Below, one piece after another: positions 48,012 through 54,515 of a stretch of 64,000 nucleotides of DNA. The stretch lies in NCBI GenBank assembly GCA_963660485.1, contig CAVKYH010000006.1:522-64521 (forward strand), given 5' to 3'. This stretch comes from a bacterium (GTDB lineage Bacteria > Bacteroidota > Bacteroidia > Bacteroidales > Bacteroidaceae). Both the position numbers and the translations under genes were made by a program. The notes under the pieces were generated by a model. It saw only the letters and a program-made list of their open reading frames with translations, did no database searches and had not been told where the DNA came from. How positions within the stretch are numbered: the first letter of the stretch is position 1; each line of letters begins with the position of its first letter.

Positions 48012-48040
48012 CGCCGGCCGTTTATACGGTCGGCGTTTTT
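48012..48040 (+). terminator. rho-independent terminator after the GH127 gene
   Basis: CGCCGGCCG / CGGTCGGCG stem (one G.U), followed by TTTTT. Confidence 0.6.
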
Positions 48041-48118
48041 CATGCATTCCCACAACTTTTCGCAGAAGTATTTCCGCATTAAAAACAAGCGGAAAACACA
48101 GTCAAAAAACAATAACAG

Positions 48119-48195
48119 GATATCGCAAAAACAATGTCTGATATTATTAAAATAATGTCTGACATCGTTTGAATAATGTCAGATATCGGAAAAAT
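48119..48195. repeat. 21-nt modular repeat, copy 14 (three E-type units)
   Basis: GATATCGCAAAAACA ATGTCTGATATTATTAAAATA ATGTCTGACATCGTTTGAATA ATGTCAGATATCGGAAAAATC. Confidence 0.85.
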
Positions 48196-48334
48196 CATTT
48201 GCCGAGTGATTTTTTGCACGCCTTATTTATATGTCTCCGCAAACCGAAACGGAAATCTTTTTCCGCATGTTTGAAGTATTTTCCCGCTTGTCTGAAGCCC
48301 CATTCCGCGAGCCAAAAACCATGCTGCGCAGGGC

Positions 48335-48428
48335 GAAAAAACTCCGGGCCACCAAATTTAAATTAGATGCGTCGGAATTTAAATTCCGGGCCTTGGAGTT
48401 TTTACGAGATGCCTTGTAGTTTTTAAAA
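48335..48428. repeat. 21-nt modular repeat, copy 15 (B-A'-hybrid-T')
   Basis: GAAAAAACT CCGGGCCACCAAATTTAAATT AGATGCGTCGGAATTTAAATT CCGGGCCTTGGAGTTTTTACG AGATGCCTTGTAGTTTTTAAAA. Confidence 0.9.
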
Positions 48429-48510
48429 CAAAAATCCGGTGAAAGTATTTCAAGCATCTACACTTTCACCGGACCGTTATAATTCCGGAAAATTCGGCAT
48501 CAGAGCCGAA
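48427..48510 (-). terminator. two tandem terminator hairpins after ssb
   Basis: Minus strand: TTCGGC-TCTGAT-GCCGAA + TTTTCC (48487-48510), then a perfect 11-bp stem CCGGTGAAAGT/ACTTTCACCGG (48436-48472) followed by ATTTTTGTTT. Confidence 0.6.
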
Positions 48511-48548
48511 AAATTCCTATCCGTTTCCTTGCTGTATACCCCAGGATT

Positions 48549-48938
48549 TTATTTGTTTGCGCTGCCGTCGCCACCGCCGGGGATAGGATTGTTCTCCTTG
48601 TCGGTGCGGCTGTTCAGCTTCTCTATGTTGCTCACCAATATTTCGGTAACGCTGCGCTGTATTCCGTTCTTGTCGGTATAAGTATTGGTGCGGAGTTGCC
48701 CTTCCACGTAAAGTTTGTCGCCTTTGTGCACATACTTTTCCACAAACTGCGCCGTTTCGCGCCAAGCCACAAGGCGATGCCATTCTGTACGCTCCGGCAC
48801 TTGCGTACCGTTCTTTAATGTATACGCACGCTCCGATGTAGCGAGAGACAATTGCGCCACAGCCATGTTGCTGTCCACATACCGAATTTCGGGCTCGCGC
48901 CCCACATTTCCTATAAGCATTACCTTGTTAAGCGACAT
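48549..48938 (-). CDS. ssb: single-stranded DNA-binding protein (short form without acidic C-terminal tip)
   Basis: 129 aa. OB-fold start MSLNKVMLIGNVGREPEIRY and TEWHRLVAW. The tail ends ..PGGGDGSANK. Confidence 0.85.
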   Translation of the reverse strand: MSLNKVMLIGNVGREPEIRYVDSNMAVAQLSLATSERAYTLKNGTQVPERTEWHRLVAWRETAQFVEKYVHKGDKLYVEGQLRTNTYTDKNGIQRSVTEILVSNIEKLNSRTDKENNPIPGGGDGSANK

Positions 48939-48955
48939 ATCGTTTAGTTTTTGGG

Positions 48956-49414
48956 TTATCTTATTCTGTAGGAATCTCTCACGAGCTTTTCGTCATGACG
49001 AATGCTTCTGTAGGCAATAACCACGAGGATTATCGCAAGCAGAGGGAAGTTCTCGTAAATTTCAATGCTCGGATCGAGTTTCAGATACCTTGCAATGGAT
49101 ATCACACAACTGATGCGGGTGATGTAGTACACAAGCAGTACAAATATTACCCACAAGCACATGCGCATTTGCAGTTTGCGTTTGCGGAACATCGCAATAG
49201 CTGCCGCCGACAAGCCAGCCGCGCCCAACAACATCACACCCATTACGGAATAAAGGTGATTTGAACTGTGGGCGTCGCTCAACGAGAAATTCGACAACGT
49301 AGCAATAGGAAGCCCCGTCTGAGGGTGTTTGAACACTACGGTAAGGCTATACGCCGAAACCACAAGCAGCACAAACGCGGCAAACAAGTATAATGTCTGT
49401 TTCCTTTGTATCAT
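48956..49414 (-). CDS. multi-pass membrane protein (DUF4293-like)
   Basis: 152 aa with 4 hydrophobic helices. Sits between the rpoZ-like gene and ssb, as I recall for Bacteroidota. The family name is unverified. Confidence 0.6.
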   Translation of the reverse strand: MIQRKQTLYLFAAFVLLVVSAYSLTVVFKHPQTGLPIATLSNFSLSDAHSSNHLYSVMGVMLLGAAGLSAAAIAMFRKRKLQMRMCLWVIFVLLVYYITRISCVISIARYLKLDPSIEIYENFPLLAIILVVIAYRSIRHDEKLVRDSYRIR

Positions 49415-49451
49415 TTTCTAAAAGGGGAATTTTCGCAACAATATGCCGCGT

Positions 49452-49787
49452 TTACACAATTCCTTCCTCTCCCGTTGTGGGATTGCGGTAGTACAAACGA
49501 TCGTCAATAAATTCCTGCTCGGCGATAAGCACAGGTTTTGGAAGATGTTCGTAATAGCGGGAAATTTCTATCTGTTCGCGGTTTTCAAAAACCTCGTCAA
49601 GATTTTCGTTGGTCGAAGCGAATTCCTGCAATTTCTTTTGAAGATCATTTTTCATCGCCACCGATATTTGGTTTGCGCGACGCGACATTATTACAACGCT
49701 TTCATAAACATTGTTTGTACCTTTTGCAAAATCAATAATGTTGCGCGTCTGGGTATTGGTAGGCGCATCAATTTTCTTATAATCCAT
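49452..49787 (-). CDS. rpoZ: RNA polymerase omega-subunit-like protein
   Basis: 111 aa. The NVYESVVIMSRRANQI block resembles the Rpb6/omega core. Lies immediately downstream of bamD. Confidence 0.55.
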   Translation of the reverse strand: MDYKKIDAPTNTQTRNIIDFAKGTNNVYESVVIMSRRANQISVAMKNDLQKKLQEFASTNENLDEVFENREQIEISRYYEHLPKPVLIAEQEFIDDRLYYRNPTTGEEGIV

Positions 49788-49819
49788 CTTGTTGAAAAAT
49801 ATATTGTCTTGTAAAAATT

Positions 49820-50752
49820 CTATTGCTCTATTGTTTGTTTTTCGGCCTCTTTGGTTTTGCTTTCAGCTTCTTTTGCTTGCTTTACAGCGCTTTTAGCAGC
49901 AGCCTTTTCCTCTTTTGCCGTTACGGAGATGTCTTTTCTTTGGGTTTTCTCGAAGATTGTTTTTGCTTCTGTCAGATATTTTGATTCCGGGAATTCGTTG
50001 GCAAACGCATAATATTCCTCGGAAGCAGCATCAAGACGCTCGCGTTTCTTCGCTTCCACGCTGTGGGTTGCAAGAAGATACTTTGCGCGCAGCAGCATTA
50101 TGGCGAAATCTTCGCGGCGTTTGGAATAGGGATAATCTCTCATGGCATTTTCTGCTGTGATGATGCATGCCTGATAGTTGTTTCCGCCAAAGGAGCAGTT
50201 TCCAAAGTAGCTGCCGAGGTCGAAATAGGTCTTTGCCGAAAGGTATTCCTTTTCCACGAGTTTGTCCTGCAACTTGAAAATCATGTTTTGCGCATCTTTT
50301 GTGTAGGAACTCTGAGGATATATTTCGAGCATATTCTGGAAAGCCGTTACGGCCTCGTATGTTTCGGTCTGGTCGAGTTTTGGTTCGGGCGTGTTGCAAT
50401 ACAATGACATTGCATTGTAGTATCGTGCGTCCAAGGTGTATATGCCGTTGGTATAGGTTTCGTAGTATTTCTTCAGAAAGTTGGCGGCCGATTCATAATC
50501 CCGCGCCTTGTATGCCGATATTCCGAGGAGATACAAGCTTTCCTCGCCTTTGTCGGTTCCTTTCATCACCGAAATCACATCTTGCAGGAGCACAACGGCT
50601 TTAGTATATTTTCCGTCGGCATAAAACTGCTTTGCAGCCTCGTATTTGTTCAGATAATCTGAATTTTTTAGTATGCTGTTGAATTGTCCGCACGATGTCA
50701 GCATCATTGTTGCCAACAGCGTAAAGGCGAGCATTGTTTTCTTCGAATTCAT
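49820..50752 (-). CDS. bamD: outer membrane protein assembly factor BamD (TPR lipoprotein)
   Basis: Start set at ATG 50752 (MNSKKTMLAFTLLATMMLTSC, a lipobox). TPR-like repeats and a K/E/A-rich C-terminal tail. Confidence 0.75.
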   Translation of the reverse strand: MNSKKTMLAFTLLATMMLTSCGQFNSILKNSDYLNKYEAAKQFYADGKYTKAVVLLQDVISVMKGTDKGEESLYLLGISAYKARDYESAANFLKKYYETYTNGIYTLDARYYNAMSLYCNTPEPKLDQTETYEAVTAFQNMLEIYPQSSYTKDAQNMIFKLQDKLVEKEYLSAKTYFDLGSYFGNCSFGGNNYQACIITAENAMRDYPYSKRREDFAIMLLRAKYLLATHSVEAKKRERLDAASEEYYAFANEFPESKYLTEAKTIFEKTQRKDISVTAKEEKAAAKSAVKQAKEAESKTKEAEKQTIEQ

Positions 50753-50773
50753 AGGGGCACTATATATCGTTTG

Positions 50774-50781
50774 CAAAGTTA
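50774..50781 (-). promoter_or_regulatory. candidate -7 box for bamD
   Basis: + strand caaagtta = TAACTTTG on the minus strand, 22 nt upstream of ATG 50752. Confidence 0.5.
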
Positions 50782-50868
50782 CGAAGAATTATTCATTCGG
50801 CAAGTTAGCAAAACTTAAAGTTAATGTAGCAAGCCTATTGCGGGCTATTTTTTGCAACACGCGATGGC

Positions 50869-50980
50869 GCAAAAACGATGTCTGACATCGGGAAATACGA
50901 GGTCAGACCTAATTTAAATTAGATGCGTCGGAATTTAAATTTGGTGGCCCGGAGTTTTTACGAGATGCCTTGTAGTTTTC
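50869..50980. repeat. 21-nt modular repeat, copy 16 (E-D-A'-B'-T', chimeric)
   Basis: GCAAAAACG ATGTCTGACATCGGGAAATACG AGGTCAGACCTAATTTAAATT AGATGCGTCGGAATTTAAATT TGGTGGCCCGGAGTTTTTACG AGATGCCTTGTAGTTTTC. Confidence 0.9.
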
Positions 50981-51041
50981 GGCATGTCAAAACAAGGGAT
51001 TTCGGGGACGGGAAACGCTCCGCCAACAAGCCGGAAAATTC

Positions 51042-52259
51042 TCAGGAAACGCTTGGCGAAGGTATTTGCCGGCGGCGATATTCCGACGGAGTAACGCCGA
51101 AGCGTTTTTTGAAAGCCTTGCTCATTGCCGGAAGTTCCAGATAGCCCGAACTGAAAGCTATCTCGCTTATTTTTCTATCGGTATTGGATATCTGTTCTGC
51201 GCAATGCAGCAGTTTTTTCTCGCACACCCACGCCGCGAAAGTAGTGTTGAGTTCCTTATAAATGTATTCGCTCAAATCGGCACGCGTTACTCCGAGCGCG
51301 TCGGCTATTTCCTCGATGTTGTTGTTGCTCTTGAATATTGGATTGTTCTCTTCTGAAGCGAGCAAAACGTTTACCTTTTCGAATATCTCGGCAAAGATTC
51401 GTCTCTCTTTCTCAAAAGAAAGTACTTCCTTGATATATCGGTCGTATATAAAGTTGGAACGGACAATTACCACGATTAACAAAGCGCGGGATATCACATG
51501 AAAGGGCAACGACGTGGTGAAATAAGACATCATCATAAGGGTGAGCGTTGTAATATATGCGCACACGCTTATAGTTTCGGCTATCTGTTGCGGACGGGCA
51601 CGGTATTCGCTGCTTTCATATCGGGTTTGGAAACGACTGTAAATGTAAGCCTCTCCCACCATTACCAGCATAATCAGCCAAAGCGATATCATGGCCAAAA
51701 GAAGAAAGATACGGCCATAAACAAGAAAGCTGTGATCGGGCGAAAGGAAGTCGGAAAGGCAACTCATCGGCTCGTAAAAACCCGTTAAGCGGCACACTAT
51801 GCTCACAACAAACAATATCAGCCCGTATTGTCCTATCAAAAACCAGATAAAAATGTTCTTGTAATATTCTCTGCCGAAATAGGCAGATGTCATAACCATG
51901 AAAACCGCCGAAGCAAAGTAGTGGGCGCAGATAGGAATGGAGCAAGCCACCTCGATTCCCCCGTAGGAAAATATCAGAGGCGACATTCCTACTTCTGCAA
52001 TCATTATGATATAAAAAGCAACAAACGACCGGCGACGCAGCTGAAAATCCCTGTCAACAAGCTTGCGCCCCTTGACAATCAATTTCACTGCCATCAATAC
52101 AAGAACAAGCAGCAAAACCGTGTTGACTGCATAAAAAACATTTGTAAGCATCGTCGCAAATCGGTAATCCACTTGCAAATATAACAAAAAAAGTGTCCGG
52201 AAAAAGAATTCCCGGACACATAACCACCATGGCTTTACAATTAATGTAACAACAACCAT
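51042..52259 (-). CDS. membrane-anchored AraC-family transcriptional regulator (about 7 TM helices + C-terminal HTH)
   Basis: 405 aa. The N-terminal ~290 aa hold about seven hydrophobic helices. The C-terminal AraC HTH is IEEIADALGVTRADLSEYI..ISEIAFSSGYLELPAMSKAFKKRFGVTPSEYRR. The start may instead be the internal Met37 (52151). Confidence 0.75.
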   Translation of the reverse strand: MVVVTLIVKPWWLCVREFFFRTLFLLYLQVDYRFATMLTNVFYAVNTVLLLVLVLMAVKLIVKGRKLVDRDFQLRRRSFVAFYIIMIAEVGMSPLIFSYGGIEVACSIPICAHYFASAVFMVMTSAYFGREYYKNIFIWFLIGQYGLILFVVSIVCRLTGFYEPMSCLSDFLSPDHSFLVYGRIFLLLAMISLWLIMLVMVGEAYIYSRFQTRYESSEYRARPQQIAETISVCAYITTLTLMMMSYFTTSLPFHVISRALLIVVIVRSNFIYDRYIKEVLSFEKERRIFAEIFEKVNVLLASEENNPIFKSNNNIEEIADALGVTRADLSEYIYKELNTTFAAWVCEKKLLHCAEQISNTDRKISEIAFSSGYLELPAMSKAFKKRFGVTPSEYRRRQIPSPSVS

Positions 52260-52873
52260 CTGTCAATCCCAAAAGCCATCATGGTTTTGCGAGTTCCAAC
52301 CACATTCCAACCCCAAGAAGCCTCTTCGGAATTTGCAGCCTCGATGTAGCTGCCATATCGCTTAAAACGAAAGGCTCGTCAGTTGCGGCAAGAACAATAT
52401 CGTAGCGCGTTTCGCCAATAACAAACAAAAACGCCGTTTACTCTCATTTAATGCTGCGCTAAACCTATTTCTCGTTGACAACCTTGACTCTTGTTTTTAA
52501 CGCAACAGCAATGCCGCTGCGAACAACAGCAATCTACTGTTTCATTAAGATTTCAATTCTGATAATCTTGGTTGTTTTATTTATAAAATTAGACTCGGGG
52601 CGTTTATCCCCAGGTTTAGTTTTATTCGTTTTGGTATAAGTTTTAATTTAGTACTTTGTGGACTGTCCCACGCACTTAGTGGACCTATTTCTATTTCGGG
52701 TGCAAAAATGCAGTTTTGACTTTCATAAGCATTTGTCAAGACTAAAACATCGGTTGTTATGTCTAAAATAAAACTTGTTTAGCCTTTTTAATCCACCCTG
52801 CGGCATAACTTAAAACATTAAAGAAACCATGAGCAAATTTCGGCGGAAAACGTTATAAATTAATTATTTTTGC

Positions 52874-52881
52874 TATATTTG
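52874..52881 (+). promoter_or_regulatory. candidate -7 box for the LuxR-type membrane regulator
   Basis: TATATTTG, 52 nt upstream of ATG 52933. That ATG is out of frame with the main ORF across the T9 run. Confidence 0.45.
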
Positions 52882-52984
52882 CGGCATATATGAGCATAAA
52901 AAGGCTCTTAACAAATCAAGATTTCCAAACGCATGAAAATTTCTCTGTCCAACAGAATTGCAAATACCCTAAATCTGTTTTTTT

Positions 52985-53941
52985 TTGCGCGAGACTTCGT
53001 TTATAGGAAAGCAGCGCCTCATCACTTTTATAGTTTATATCGTGGTGCTCACCCTTGGCATTACCTGCAACATTGTCGGCATAAGCGGAGTGCGCGACCA
53101 GATGTTCAAATGCATAAACATCATATACCTCGCAATAACCGAAATCTTTTTCGCGCTGTACGTTCTGCGCGTGCTGAAACTCAAGACATGCCTATATATA
53201 TTGACCAACGTGTCCCACATCATGCTTTCGGCGGAAATCCTGCGCTTTGCCTACATCGGCACAAGCTATTCCATGATGCTTGCAATAGCTACATTTGTAT
53301 TGCTGGGGCTTAACATAATCTATTCGCTGGCTTCGTATTTGAAATACAACTCCTACATTCTCTCGGGCACCACTATCGCCGTGTGCAGCATCTGTGTATT
53401 TCTGTTCCACAGCCAAGCCCTCTATTCTTTCTTCACGCTTTTTATAACGTCCTTCGTTATGCTTTCGATTCTTGGTGAACGTTTGGTAGAAAACGTCGGT
53501 TTGCTTGAAAGCGAAAACAGGAAACACAAGCAGGAAGAAGAGGATTTTCTGATGCTTTTCCGTATGAAACGCGAATCCATAAAGGCTTATATACAACTTG
53601 CGCAATCAAGAATGCCTGCCGAGCGTACTTATGAGCTTTTCTCGCAGATGAAACCGTATCAAACCAATAATGTGATTTACAATGTGATTACCTATATGAA
53701 CGAGCGCAGTGTAAATCTCGAAGACATCAAAGACACGCTCCCCGAACTCACATTGTCGGAAATAAAGATATGCCGCCTGGTGTTACAAGATAAGAAACAG
53801 AGCGAAATATGCGGTCTGCTCTGCAAAAGCAAGAGCAACGTAAACACTCACCGTGCGCATATACGCAAAAAACTCGGCATTCCCACCGAAGAAAATCTGA
53901 AAGAGGCCTTACAGCGTATCATCAACAGCCGCAAGAAATAG
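52985..53941 (+). CDS. membrane-anchored LuxR/GerE-family regulator (about 6 TM helices + C-terminal HTH), start uncertain
   Basis: 318-aa track ORF starting at a TTG inside a T9 run. The first in-frame ATG is 53102. An upstream ATG at 52933 is one frame off across the T9 run. C-terminal LuxR HTH: LTLSEIKICRLVLQDKKQSEICGLLCKSKSNVNTHRAHIRKKLG. Confidence 0.7.
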   Translation: MRETSFIGKQRLITFIVYIVVLTLGITCNIVGISGVRDQMFKCINIIYLAITEIFFALYVLRVLKLKTCLYILTNVSHIMLSAEILRFAYIGTSYSMMLAIATFVLLGLNIIYSLASYLKYNSYILSGTTIAVCSICVFLFHSQALYSFFTLFITSFVMLSILGERLVENVGLLESENRKHKQEEEDFLMLFRMKRESIKAYIQLAQSRMPAERTYELFSQMKPYQTNNVIYNVITYMNERSVNLEDIKDTLPELTLSEIKICRLVLQDKKQSEICGLLCKSKSNVNTHRAHIRKKLGIPTEENLKEALQRIINSRKK

Positions 53942-53960
53942 GGCGAATTCACACCAACTG

Positions 53961-54004
53961 CACAAAAACAAAATGTCCGAGCGTTCAGAAGGGCCGCTCG
54001 GACA
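53961..54004 (-). terminator. hairpin with a minus-strand U-tract downstream of the LuxR-type gene (polarity fits a minus-strand transcript)
   Basis: TGTCCGAGCG (53974-53983) and CGCTCGGACA (53995-54004) form a perfect 10-bp stem. On the minus strand it is followed by TTTTGTTTTTGTG. On the + strand it is followed by AAGAAAATAC, with no U-tract. Confidence 0.5.
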
Positions 54005-54391
54005 AAGAAAATACATCGTGTTTCCCTTAATTAAAATAGAGGTTATTAAGATCGTAAATCGACTTGCCTAACTCTTTTCTCACGAATCTCTAAGCTTTAT
54101 TGTTTTTTACGTTGCAAAAATGCCATTTCCCCAAGTATTTTCCTTTGTTATCATGTCGATTTCGGTTATCATGCACAGAATTTTAATTATTTGCCCCTTT
54201 TTGCCCCTATAGTCTATTTTCGCGCCAAATCCACTGATTATCAAACATAACAACCATGCAAAAATCTTATTTTGCCTTAATATCGGTAAAATGGTATACT
54301 AAATCAGAAAAACAAAAACATTTTTTGTTTCCCTCAAAATCAATTGCAGCAAGGACCAAAAGCGCAAGGATTTTTACATGCTTTTGAATGC

Positions 54392-54484
54392 CGAAAAACG
54401 ATATCGGATATCGCAAAAACGATGTCAGACATAATTTAAATAATGTCTGACATCGTTTAAACTAGATGCCTTGGAGTTTTTGCC
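54392..54484. repeat. 21-nt modular repeat, copy 17 (E'-E-C', chimeric)
   Basis: CGAAAAACGATATCGGATATCGCAAAAACG ATGTCAGACATAATTTAAATA ATGTCTGACATCGTTTAAACT AGATGCCTTGGAGTTTTTGCC. Confidence 0.88.
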
Positions 54485-54515
54485 GTAAACCGGCTACTTT
54501 TTCCTCAAAGCGTTA

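Noticed and set aside
48227-48457. Apparent small-protein family sharing the SDASNLNLVAR / YEMPCSF peptides (track ORFs 5407..5595, 43958..44404, 48227..48457, 50923..51144, 62987..63349)
   Set aside because: The shared peptides are just translations of the repeat units in their stop-free frames. The ORFs have no conserved flanks, starts or coding-like context outside the repeats.
52260-52984. Searched the 725-bp AT-rich spacer for a hidden gene, repeat copy, or clear promoter-plus-terminator sRNA unit
   Set aside because: I found only a weak 4-bp GC hairpin with a T-rich tail (about 52594..52640), a 9-nt direct repeat (AACAGCAAT twice) and very short ORFs. Nothing can be supported as a discrete feature from sequence alone. 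The region is reported only as part of the regulator-pair finding.
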